From Tubiluchus corallicola (taxonomy: Eukaryota > Animalia > Priapulida), in contig JAQGDQ010000115.1 of the NCBI GenBank assembly GCA_030141605.1, positions 186,001 to 250,000 on the forward strand: a stretch of 64,000 nucleotides of DNA, given 5' to 3'. The notes below the pieces were generated by a model. The model was not told where the DNA came from, did not search any database, and worked only from the letters and a program-made list of their open reading frames with translations. This document shows, one piece after another, positions 1 to 13,000 of the stretch. Within the stretch, counting starts at the first letter, position 1. Every line of letters starts with the position of its first letter. A program made the position numbers and the translations under genes.

Positions 1-3000
1 CATCCTGTTGAAAATGGTTATTGGAAATTGGGTTACGATCCTTCTGCAAAATCGGATCCTGACACTGCCTCAAGTGGAAAATTTTCTAGTATGTGGTACC
101 GTGTGTTATTATCTTAATAAAGGGTTAGAAACGGGTTGGCGAACAAACCATAAGGTTATTTAGTCTAGCCACCTCTATAATTTGACTAATTATACATTAG
201 TGACAGTGGTGAAAGGGCAAAAGAGTTAAAATAGGTAAAAAATATAAGTAAATTGAAGAAACAAAAAATACAAACAATTAAAGAACATAGGGAAAGGCAA
301 TAGTATATATACAGTAATATACACAAGTTAGTATGAAATTATGAAATCACAATTATCATCTAGAATAACGAAGAATGAAAAATAGCTGCCAGGCTACATT
401 AATTAAGAAGGTTTTATTGTTGTTTCTCAGGCTTCATTTTCAGGCCATGTGACACTTCTGTGTCTTCATTCAAGTTGTTTAAACTACATATGCTTGTTTG
501 TTGGTATCATTTATAACAAAATTCCTAGCATGGTTTTAAATACATTGATCAAAATGTTAGCAGATTGTTTATTGTAATGTTGGTAAAAAATTATACATTT
601 GGCAGAGGCCCTGGAAAAACATGCTAGACATTCTACACAGTTTTGTGTTTACAGCACATATTAAGTACTAACTGCTATCTTGCTGTTGAAAAATCTCCAG
701 AAATAAAGAAATAGTAAATTGCCATTTGCCTTTGTTTTTTTAAAATAATCCTTCGTTAAAGTACAGTGCTATTGTGCAACATTCACTGTGATATGCAAAA
801 ACTCGTCAAATTTTAAGTTTAAAATTCAAACTTCAAGTTTACCTCTGTGCTAACACATGACATCTCGAATGCGTGCACCACATCACAAGTGAACACCTCT
901 GTATAGTGCCTGTTTTCTTATGCAGTGCATTTCCAAGATTACCGTTTCCGAGATTTCTGCTAAACTACGTTTCTTTGGTAATAATTCTTTCACATAAACC
1001 ATTTTTGAAGAAATAGTGTGTCCCTTTCAATATTTTATATGGTAGATTGTTTTGAGCTATGCTTTAAGATGAGGTCCTGGAAGGCTGGGAAGGTTCTTTG
1101 TATTTGAACATATATGCAACACTGTGAAAAATTGTGTTTGGTACTACTTTAAAACATAAGTCGCCACCCTGACTCCCCGATTTTCTGAAAATTAAATCTT
1201 TGTTTCAAATTTCTTTGTATTTGATCAATTTTGCTGCCTAGGGCTCCCAGTCAATACATGCAGCACAGCGTAAACTAATATTTTCTTTAAAATTTCAGCT
1301 ATCTACTATCTACTTGAAAAAGGTGACTTTTGTCCTTGGCATAGAATGAAGACTTCCCATGAGCTTTGGACTCATCATAAGGGTGGCACTATGATGGTAA
1401 GCCTTGTAATTGATCTGGCTACATACAAAATGTACAGCAAATTGTACTGCTTCAAACTGATTGTGTGATCATATATATCAGTCACATATGCTACTTGGTC
1501 CTCTGGGTGCATTGTGGCATTGTTTAAGTTAGCATATACGAGTACACGAGTACTGATTCCAGTTTGTTTGTTTGTGGGCGTGTCCTTTTACGTACACAAT
1601 AGCTTCTTGAAAATTCAATTTTTCCCTCTGGCTTCTTTTGTGTAATTTTTCGACCGGAAAGTTGTTTCACTTGGTCATGAAAAAGACGAATTATATTTCT
1701 CTGCACATATATTTATATTATCATCTTTCTCCGCAATTATACCCCTTATCTTGAGTGCGGCCATTGGCCATTATTTCTTACTTGGAGCATTTGGAAGTCC
1801 CGAGCGAGACCCTTGTGAGTCTCAATTTAATTCGACTTACTATATGTAATTGCCTGCTAGGGTGGGGAAGGTCTGTGGTCAGTTTGACCTTACACCATGA
1901 CTTGTAAACAAAATGTCTCCCTGAGAGCTTTTGACTGAATGGTTGAAGAAATTGTATGTTTGTCTGCTCAGACTTGTATCCCTCTGTAAGACAAACATTG
2001 GAAAGTGTTCTAGAGTAGGAAGTGTCATATACTCCCAATACGATGTTTTTGTGTTCAATGTTCAAATTTCAATGGCAAAAGAACCAAGTGTATATTTTAG
2101 TAGTATGTAATTTTCAGTCAATGTTGGACATATTGATATTTTTAGTACATTACTGGAATTTCCGTTTAGTTAAAATTATACATATTGAATACTTCGAATG
2201 AGCATATCACAAACTCAAATCAAACATGAATTGTATGAAAATGAATGTTTCAAACTAGAATTGGTGCTCATCTCTGTTTGCATTTAGATACACAAACTGT
2301 TAGACAATGGAAGGTACTCAATGGCAGAGTTAGGGGACCCACTTCTTGACCCCAAGGCATCTCTTCAGTCTGTGATAGAGCCGAACACTTGGTTTGCACT
2401 TGAGATAAAAAGTGGTGTTTATACATTAGCTACAAGTGCCTGCATACCCAGTAAATGACTTTTTAACTCTAGAAAAATCGCTTTATTGTATGTTTTACAA
2501 ACACTTGCTTCATTCACTTGTAGAAATGGAGCCTTTTTTGTGTTTGACAGGATGCAGCTAGTTTGCAAATTGTTTGTTTGGAACTGGAACACTGCTTAAA
2601 GAAAATTGCTGAACCAACTTTAATTGTTGTAGAATTGAGTATAGGTCTTGTGTCTTCATAGCAATCAGTGGAGGCAAATTTAAAGGTGTGTTATATGCTG
2701 GCTGTTCATGGTAACTAGTGCATTCTGTGTGGTTGTAATCTTCACATTGTAATTCTCAATCATTTTATGTTGTTATCTACAAGTAGTTTGTGATCATAAA
2801 AAAAAAATATTTTTAAATTTTGAATTGCTCTGACTCTTCCACAGCTTGCACGTATTTTTATTTTTACAAAAATGCGAAACTCTTTTTGTCATTTCAGCGT
2901 TTGATCTTGAGGACATGGAAATGTTATCCAGACGTAAGATGATAAACTTGTTTCCTCATCATAAAGTATTGATAGAAAGGTTCACCAGTGATGCAACGTA

Positions 3001-3001
3001 G
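1..3001 (+). CDS. Cupin_5 / DUF985 family protein (Cff1/YML079W-like), 5'-truncated by the window; exons <1-88, 1299-1396, 2288-2450, 2898-3001
   Basis: Manual splicing, all GT-AG with matching phases, gives HPVENGYWKLGYDPSAKSDPDTASSGKFS-TIYYLLEKGDFCPWHRMKTSHELWTHHKGGTMM-IHKLLDNGRYSMAELGDPLLDPKASLQSVIEPNTWFALEIKSGVYTLATSACIP-TFDLEDMEMLSRRKMINLFPHHKVLIERFTSDAT*. DUF985 hallmarks are present: HP(x)ExGY, TIYYLL, WHR...E.W, LGD...Q..., W.A and P(G)F..ED. Confidence 0.88.
730..1075. mobile_element. Partial copy of a dispersed non-autonomous DNA element (Kolobok-like family, copy 1)
   Basis: Shares blocks such as gtacagtgcta, aaattcaaa.ttcaagtttac, ataattctttcacataa and tttgagctat..ttaaga with 14410-14980 and 19450-19945. 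Confidence 0.6.
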
Positions 3002-5651
3002 CGTGACTTGAGCGCACTCACGTTCAGGTTACACCTGTTCAGGGTGTAAGACTGTGATTTGCTTGACTAACGTACCATTACCACGCCGTAACTTCATGTG
3101 CTACACTGGAATACTAAAACTTTAGAACAACATTCTTTCTAGCATAGTATAAGCGGTGTGTTAGCAGTATAAGTGGTGCATTGGATAGTTTGCAAAGTGG
3201 AATTGCTGAAGTGCTTGCCATAATTATGTGTGTTATTTCAACAGTGGTTAACTGAAAGACTTAACCTGTGGCGTTTACCTAACTGAAAAGACAGTGAAAC
3301 ATTCCAGATTTTTATGCAACTTCGTAAACATCCAAAAACAAAAAATTTTCCCGACGCAAAATGTCTAACATTTGCAGATTAGTCTAATAAAAACTGTCGT
3401 CTTTCATTTCTCGAGAGATTTTTTTCATTTTCCTACGTATGTGTATCTTAAATTGACTTGTCTAATGCCTTTAAATTGATAGTGATTATGTGGAATGCTT
3501 TCTCGTGTTAATAAGCCTTCGAATTGACAAATTTTCCATGTTTTTAGATGAATTTTACCAGGCAAAAAGGTTAATGGGTTTTCTCACTGCCATTGCAAAA
3601 AATGTAAGTTCATGCAAGCTGTCTGATTGTTTTGCAGGTTTTAGAAGAAAGAAACCCAAATTATAATGGAAAACATAATGAAAAAAATAACACCATTTTA
3701 ACAAAATACTAAGCCTTATTGAAAATTTTAAATTTTTATTAACCTATAGACTACATGAAAAGGTAAAAAAATAACAAATTACAAAAATTCAAATAATATG
3801 CATGATACAAAAACATTATATAAAATAAACTCTATAACAGTAAGTGGGGACTGATCGATTTTTCATTGCATTTTATGCTAAATTAAAGCTGAGATTTTTT
3901 AAATCACGTTCATGATGGCAAAATAGGCAAGTAATTTATGTTTGCACTACATTTGAGCGTCAAAAGTATTTTTTATTGCACAACATTAACTTTCATTTAG
4001 GAATCGTTTCCGCTAAAAAGTAACATCTGATTAAGTAGTAGAATCAGAATGTGAATTACATTTGTAATGTTTTTTTATTGGAAATCAATTCCTTGATTTA
4101 TCTTTCAAAAATACGTCAAATAATAACTAGACGTGTACGCAGCAACTTTTCTTAGATATGAAATTTTTGAACTGGTAATGGTAATATAGAGTTCAAAAGC
4201 ATAAGTACCAACTAGTATTTGAGTTACTTACTGAAAGTAGTGCTTTAATAGATTATTTCACAGTTATTCTACAATTACAATTGTAGTTTTGAGCGATGAT
4301 GCATTTTTGTGGGCGGTGGCATTGGATAGAAGTGTCTGGCATCAACAGGTAGAGCCTGCCGTGAATTAGCATGTAAAGACACACAAACGACAATGACAAC
4401 AAATTATGGATTTCCACAAAAGTTAAACCCATATAACTACTAATTAATAGTAATAGTAACACGTGATTTCAATATCAACTTTGTTTTACAGAAGTTCAAA
4501 ATAAGTGACTCGAAAAATTTTTATCACAAAGGTAAATATAAATATTAGTGCTAAATACATTCAATCATTGAAATGATTGTCTAAGATTTACCATTCTGAT
4601 GTAGACAATCTGCATAAATTGAATGTTCTGACACTTCTATTCTCAACAAAACTGAAGTTTAACGACTCGATAAAAGCTTAATTTTAATGATAATCATTTA
4701 ACTAAATCCTACACATGTAATAACAATTTTTCACAGCAATGTAGGATAAAGTTGAGAGTATACATCAGTAGATAGGTCTATACTAGACTAGTAGTCGAAT
4801 AAGTTACAGAGATCAGACAAAACCATGAGATTACAAAATTGACACAAAACTTGCAAATGTTTCTAAAATAACTACAAAGAATTTAGAAAAATGTTTTTCA
4901 AGAACTTCAGAACTTCTATCTTTCTACACAGTCAAAATACATTTTAAATTTACAGAGCATCTCAACGAAAGTTCACGAGTTAAATAAATGACCACTCAAT
5001 TTATATGTACATGTACATGATTAACATTGTATAAAATTGTAAGAAAAGTCATTGAAATTGAAAAAAATAATTCCAACAAAGCATGGAAGACTGGAAAAGA
5101 GCATTGCAAGATGTGCTTATAAATTAGGAATACACTTCAGGCAGCAAAGGAAATATTCTTCAAAACGTAGGATTTTAGACAGTTTTCACGTTATTTTCAC
5201 CGCAAATTTCACTAAGTGATCATAATGTTAACAACACTGCAAGGGAACATATAGTATATACTATATATATTGACTGTACTGCTGTCAATTCTACATGTTT
5301 GCTGTTGAACATGAGTCGAATTGTTCGGATTTTCAATAGCAACATGTTTGAAAAGCAAATGATTATTAAGAAGTGCGTAAAGTATGGTCACATATTTACA
5401 AGTCTCCCTCTACTTCATTAGGAGGAAAATTCCAGAAGATTGCTCTTGTAATCCGGGCACTCAGTAGACAAAAATTGCTTCTCGTGTCAATATCCGAATC
5501 CAAATCGCATGAAGCTTTTAAACAGTATGTAGTAGCAACGGCAGTATCACCTAACTAAGTTCAATGTGAACAATAAATCAATGCATTTACCTCTATTTTA
5601 CATCTACTGGGTAATAGAAAGTGGAAAAGTGACGAAAAAGCTGCTGCTAGC

Positions 5652-6077
5652 CAGGGCCTATTTCAGCTTAAGTGAGGCCCGGGGAAGTGGGGCGTGTGAG
5701 GCCCTCTTGGGGGGGGCACCACGGTTGGCGCTCAGAAAATTTTTGAACTGCTAGAATGCTGGAGAAGCATTTTCGAACAGAAAATATTGAGTTATACAGT
5801 TGTTAAAGGAAAGAACAATTGAAAGAAAAACTGTTTTATTCTCAAGACCAGTCCTTAATACTTGTCAAATAGCAATCGGGTAATCGTCTGGTGTTAGAAA
5901 TTCCGAAATTGAAAACAGCTGAACATTGCACCGAGCCGCACAAGGCAAACGGCGCGCGTGCGGCAAGAGGGAGAGAGGAGGCAGTATGTTCGCATAAAGC
6001 AAAAAAACGTCGTGAGGCCCCCCTGGAGGGTGAGGCCCCGGGGAAGTATCCCCACTTCCCCCCTGAAATAGGCCCTG
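5652..6077. mobile_element. Non-autonomous hAT MITE
   Basis: Perfect 15-bp TIRs cagggcctatttcag / ctgaaataggccctg; perfect 8-bp TSD ctgctagc at 5644-5651 and 6078-6085; repeated subterminal gtgaggccc motifs. Confidence 0.92.
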
Positions 6078-7091
6078 CTGCTAGCTACCGGACAATTAAA
6101 CATTTGATAAATGTTTGCGATTTTTTGAAATAGAAGGAAGTAAATTTTCTCAGGTCTCCAACATTCATAAAAAAAGTGCTGACCACATTTCATTTGGTAA
6201 TTCATTCAACAAATAGCAACTTAGTGAGGCTATTTTTCATAAATAGAGTAAATTTTGCACCAAGGTGCCACGAGTAATTAAAAGAAGAGATATAATTTTG
6301 TCACACTGTAGACAGTTAGGCAAGACGTTTGCACTAAGACATTACAGGAAACTGAGTTTTGTTATCATGGCGTATACTACCAAAAGCAAGAAAATGTACA
6401 AAATTCATTTCAATAGTAACAAAAACATATTTATAAACTGACATGGATTTTCTTATTTTACAGTAAAAAGTAGTACGTGGGCAGTAGTTTTCATTAAAAA
6501 AGACAAAAAACACGTAAATATCTTTTTGATATTTGTAGATATCCAATTTGTAGATAAAAGTGTATTCCTGATTTATGGCAGACTTCACATATAACTAGTA
6601 CACTCACTACTAATTTACAAAAATAGAAAAGTCAAGAATAACCTTTAAAGACCAACTCAGTAGCTGCAATTGGGTACATTGACTTTGCTTGCTGTATGCA
6701 AAAAAATAAAAAAAGATGAAACTGTGACGTGACAGTTAGAACCTCAAAGAGTAAAACCCACTAACTAGAGTTTTTCTGTGACTGGTTGAGCGGTTCTATG
6801 TCATCACAGTCTCCAAATTTTTTCTGATCAACACAAAATAGGTTAACAACACTTTTTCATATGTTTGTTAATCTAATAATAAACTAAAAACATCGATATT
6901 CTATTTGTTACTCTAAATGAATCATTGTGTATGGCAAAACTTTTTGCAGCTACTTAGTTAACCTTTAAAATTGTTAAAAAACCACCAGGATAAAGTCATT
7001 ATGCACTACACAAGGTTGCCTATCGTAAACAATGAACCCTGAAAATGAGGTATGAAAGACGAGATTATCAAAATCGGTTGAGAACTCCCAG

Positions 7092-10000
7092 CTATTGCAA
7101 GAAAATGTGCCCTATGAATGTTGCAGAGAGACCCAATAGTGTAACCCACAGTGCACCATTACCTAAAGAAGAAAAACCAGTAAGTTATTTAGCCACCATA
7201 CATCAGTTTGCATTGTAGCTTAGATAATGAAAATCTTGTGTAGAAATGCAGCAATTCTGAGGACAAGAACAACAGCTGACAAGGTATTCCTTTCCTGCTC
7301 TCAGCTTATTTCAAAATCAATTAGAAATTTCTTGTATAAATTTCACATAATTTTAAATATCACATTTAAAGGTCAAATTTAACCTGAAAACAAGTTTTTT
7401 TAAAGAGGTGACCGTAATTTAAAATTTGACACTAATTTTATTAAATTTCGTGGCTTCGTTTCTAATGAAATCAGGCTTGGAAGTTGCATTTGTCCACAAA
7501 ACGTTTTATGCAGTTTTACTAACAAAACTTCGGAAAAATGCAGGCTAACAGACTCTGCTAGCGACAGGTTCTTGGATACCGCGTCGTTTTGAATTTGTAA
7601 ACAATGCTACACAGCGAAATGTGACACATGGTAACTAAACACAATCGCTGCCATAACAAAGGCACACATTTTGCTAGTGAGCTGAACACGCAAAATCAAG
7701 TCCCAGATTTTCTTTGGAAATGACACATTCACACCAGATTTCTTCTTATACTAGGTGCTTGCATTGCATAAATAAATCACGGGCAGCTTTTACTTTACTT
7801 TTATTTCTCAGTTGGCAAATTGCGTACACTAAAAAATCGCGACATTTGAAATTGAATGCTGAATTCTTGTTTGTTAAGGTAGCTATGGAAACAAATAAAC
7901 AATTGAACAGCAATAAGATAGGAAACAATCATCTAATGGAAAAACTAGATAGTAATTAATCAATACTTAAAAAACAGCTAAAAATGCTAAAAATTGATAG
8001 TTTTCAAATTTTGCTTAAAAATAAAATTGGTTTAAACCAGATCACCATTATTTGATGCAGAAGAAAACACCAGGATTAAATATAAATATCTAACCAAAGC
8101 ACATTTATAAACTTGCAATCAATGAAAAGTACGAAGAAGCCCGAAATTTTGCCTGACACTTCAAAAACGTGTCTGTAGTCCTCTGGGCCGATATTATTAC
8201 TTGTTCTTTTGTGCTGGGAGTAGAAAAATGACAAACAACGTCAACTTTTTGGACTTAAGTGAAAACATAACACTTCTTTTTAATGACTGTGTGGTGCACA
8301 AAAAGACTGACTTAAACAAATCACAAAAGTGAAGTAATGAAGCATGCAATATCACAATACGAAACTGAAACAAAACATTTCATAAGCTTTGGTGGTAATA
8401 TGTAGTTTTAACTTTTACTAGTTAAAACATAAAACATTTTTTGTTAAAAACTTAACTACGATATCAAAAAAAAAACAGCCAACATGCCTCTGGCAAAAGT
8501 GAAGATTATCTGATGAAGACATTTATGGTTAAGATATTTGTGAATTATTTTTTGCCATTGGTAAAGGAAAAATGTGCTACTGTGTGTGTTGATTTTCAAG
8601 ATCTTACCTATTATAACAGTAACTATCAATACAAGTTCCTGAAACACAAATTCCATGGTTAAAACAGAGACAAAAGCTTCTTATCAGCTATTGAGTGGTA
8701 CTTTCAGTTTACTTGATAAATTATTAGGAGCTCAAGACTAACTTGCCACTGAAATAGTTTTCATGACAGTTTTCATTCAAGGATGTAACTGTTAGCCATA
8801 GTATAAATTTTACATACTATCTATACATCAATTGAGTGACAATATATCCACAGTTTTGCTATTTATAATTATGCAAATACCAACAAAATATATACAAATA
8901 TCACTGGATCTTCAGTGGCACTGCGAAACACAAGAAGACTCACTATTAGTCAATAGTGTTGCATATACCAGAGAACTTCACTAATAGTGAGAGCACTGCA
9001 AACACAAAAAACCTTACTATTAGTTACCTCCAAAACTTGTGGTACGAGAAGGTACTGCACACTGATATTGTTCCAAAAGTTCGTCTAGTCGTCGTGCTGT
9101 TTTCATAGCTGCATTTGTCATATTAGCTGTAAAAACAAATATGAGAATAAAATAAGATAAAGAAAACAAAAATAAGAGAATATTCAAAACATCCATTTTC
9201 AAGCAACACTGCAAACCAGAACTGTGACTAAGCCCCTCCGTACTCCCCATAGACCTTGAGGGCCCAAGTTTCCTACAAAGATGTAATGTCTCCAGATATG
9301 TTTGGGCTAGGCTGTGTTAGAAGCATAATTTTTGTGCTAGGCTGGCTCGGTTCTTTTCAGTTACTAGTCAAATAAATCTTATCAATTTAATCAGTAAATT
9401 AATAGACCAACAAATCAATAAAACTGGTCAAAACTACTGTGAGTATATGGAAATCCGAATGACATCAAAACAGTAAATTCAATATTACTTTTTAAAAACA
9501 ACATAAAATCTTATTTAATTGAATCTGCAAGTCTCTGAAAAGACAATTATGCTTGGTAATGTTCTTGTACTGTTATATTTTAGTAATGCTGTATTCATAC
9601 ATGTGCTGTACTGTAAGTGCTTTTTCTTCCTAGGTATAGACAAGTACCACAAGAGAAATAGAGAGAAATAGTCTGTTTTAATGTAACAGACTATTTTTTA
9701 TTAAGTTATTAAATTAAGTAAAACAGACCCATTTATTAAGTTAACACTGCACAAGTTTTCTTGTAGTGTTGACTTGATGTGTCTTCATGTGCTGATGATT
9801 TACAAACTTTATATATTACATATTCTTCTGTATGTACATGTATACATTGGCATTGTATATAATGAATCTAATCTAACCTAAATCTAAACTACTTTCTACT
9901 TTCTTGTGTTATCCTAGACTTGGCTACAATGTCTTTTTTGTTTTTCAAGGAATCCGTTTTTAAGCCAAGTGAATTGCACTTGATTATTATCTTCAAAATT

Positions 10001-13000
10001 TAGAACTTAAGACAAAGTTATACTCACACATAAAAACTACTTGCAGTGGGTAGCATTCACCCGAAGCAATCAGATTATTTGTAGCCAGTGGCTTTACATA
10101 CAACAACCAAGGCTCAATCTGTAGTTCTGTTATGAGCATATTAGCAAATTCTAACCTGTAATGAAAAAGGCGAGATTTAGTGTAAGCAAACAGCAGCATG
10201 TAAGAGTTTATTTAGAAACTTCTTTTAATTGTACAAAGATGTTTAATGATTAATACCATTGAGGATTATTACTTTTTATTTTCTGTTGAACAGACAGTTA
10301 TTTCTGTTTCAACACTGAATTCGTTCTGTACCTAAAATGATGTTATAGTAATCGCTTACTAGCACCAACATGTCTCCGCAAAAATTGTGAATCGTTAAAT
10401 GATGTATGTGATTATGAATATAGTTCTGTTTACAATGATTTCCCAGATTGGGTTTTTGGGGGCATGTCATGACCTGAATTTTACTAAAAGTTGGTTTTTC
10501 TTTGTCGGTGCAGATTGACGCAATTCTCCTGCGTTTTATAGGAGATGCATGTTGTTCCAGTCTTAGATTGGGATTACAGCCTAAATGTGATAAAGTCAGA
10601 GAATGTAAGAATTGAATGCAAAGTTTAAAACTTATAATATCTTTTTTCTTGTTTCACCTTAGTATATTACCTTAATGACAGCTTAAAAGCAATTAAAATA
10701 AAGTCACTCTAGACGAAAAGCTTAAAAAGTCAACATATACCTGCTCATGTTTTTGTGAGTGAACAGAGACTTTTGAATGGTCTCTTCTGGTTTTATGTCG
10801 GTACAAGCTATCCTAGCTGGACCTCGATTTGCTTCGTGAATGACAATAGATCGATTGGAAACTAAAAAATGCAAATATTACGCGATCACAATTCTCGATT
10901 TTTGACTAACAAATGGCTTTATATACAACAATCATATGCAAAAAATACAAACAGGAAACTGTATACTAACTTGAAAATTGCCCAAACAGTGATACCGTAC
11001 TATCTGTGTATACATGCATGGCACTGATGTTGTATGGCTGAAGCTTGCTTGACAAATCACCAACTTCACATCTTTTAGGATTTAGATTATTGCACACTTG
11101 ACTGTACTCTGGTTCCTGTGAAATATTAACAGTGATAACAATTTAGTATCATCATAATTAAGCAAGTGTTATCGGTCTGTGCGTTTGCTTACTTATGTAC
11201 ATTTTTACAGTAGCGTGACACTATAAGAATGATAATATAGTGTACTCCCACTTAGCAGATGTACATTGGTGCAAAGCTAAATGGATTTATTAAGTGGTTG
11301 GATTTATAAACCATTCTATGTTAATACAGTGCATAGTATTTATTTATGAAGTCAATTCTCTTAACACTCAGTAAACTGCTTGCAAAAAGTTTTTAAGTAA
11401 AGTGCAATAATTTATTAGCGTTTGTATGATTAAAGTATTTCGCGTTAAGTTAGTATGCATTGTTTATCTGTGATGCCATTACCATGATAAACTGCTTGCC
11501 AAGTTAAAAGAATGCAATATATATGTCACTTTAATATCGCGCACAATGGTTTATCAATCAGAATCAGCGTTTTGGTTAAACCTAATTACGTACACAAAAC
11601 AAGTATGCAATATAGCACGCAGATAAGTTTAAAGCCGAAACATGTTTAGTGCGGTCTGTTTTAGTGGGAAAGTTTTTCGAAGATGCGTTTGAATGTCTTG
11701 CTTGAGTTCGCTGAAGTGTTGCATATTTGAATAGTCACTGTTCTGCAGTCCACGATGCAGTTTTCAGTGCATGTCACATTTCAGCAGCTGACACAGTAAA
11801 ATTTCTGCTTTGTCGTCGTTGTCACCGCAGTCATGCAAAGTCATAAAAAATTCTTAAAACTAAGATGCTGATTTAGCTCAAGTTAAAATGCAGGTGAATA
11901 TGTGTGGTCCTACATCACAATTTTGTTTCTTCACAGAGCGCAAGGTAGATTTATAAAGCAAAGATTGGATTTAATAAATGGTGGACTTTACTAGATTAAT
12001 GTATGTAATACATTACACAGTTCCAGTCCAGCAATAGTGGCCACAATAAGAGGTTGGATTTATTATTCGTGGATTTATTAAGCGGATTCTATACTGTAGT
12101 AATAAATAAGCTGCTTCGATTAATAGTTTGAACTGGCTGTTAACTCGTTTATGCGTTTCACATTTGACTGTTTGATCCTTCAAAGACCTTAATAACCACA
12201 ACCTCCCATCATCACATTATGATATAATCGTGTTTCTAAATCTCTTTCATTTATATATAACTACATAAATCAAACAAATGTTTGCCGGGAAGAGACACAA
12301 TATTATACTTTAAAAGAACTTATTTTGCCTATCTTTCTTTCAGAATGCCTTGGAAGGACAAAGATTTAACTAGCGTGCAAAAGCAACATTTATACTTACA
12401 GTAACATCAGCATGGAATGGATTGTAATGTGGACCAGCACTCTGACATCTGTCATTGTTTGTTAGCGCATCGTTGCCGATCTTGTTTTTATGTACATGCC
12501 AGTTATGATTAAAACTCTGAAACACATTAGTAATGTAAACATCACATGAAAAGTAATAAGCAAATGTGTTACAGCTTCCTAAGAAAGAGGCTAGAAAGTC
12601 CTTTTTAAGGTGGTATACAGCTCAAATAAATTCAGACATGAGCTGCATTCAAACCTAGAATCTCTAGATCAGCAGGCAGGTGATGCAATCACTTGGACAC
12701 TGCACCTTCTCACAAACACAGGATCACAAAAAACGTGCTATAACATCAAAATGAATACTGAAAACTCGATCAGGCAATTATAAGCACAATGTATAACTTA
12801 CAGCTGGCGACACATCAGCACTTGGAAACAAGTTGATTTCCACAGTCGTGTCAGATGGTTCATACTCTGGACCAACAAGTTTGCTTTGTTTCTGTAAAAA
12901 AAACTGCCATCTACTTCCGAACTATTATAATACACACAGATTACTTAACACGTCAGAATTATGAGGTAGTCAGTTAACGACATAGACATAGACATTTTTA

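Noticed and set aside
5891-6205. ORFs of 80-103 aa on both strands
   Set aside because: They arise from the GC-rich end of the hAT MITE and show no transposase motifs.
10358-10579. Possible extra CSRP exon (AG...GT bounded, one open frame)
   Set aside because: The open frame is out of phase with the upstream exon; the compatible frame stops after two codons. The 10741 to 10155 junction already gives a coherent protein. It could still be a poison exon, but I have no evidence.
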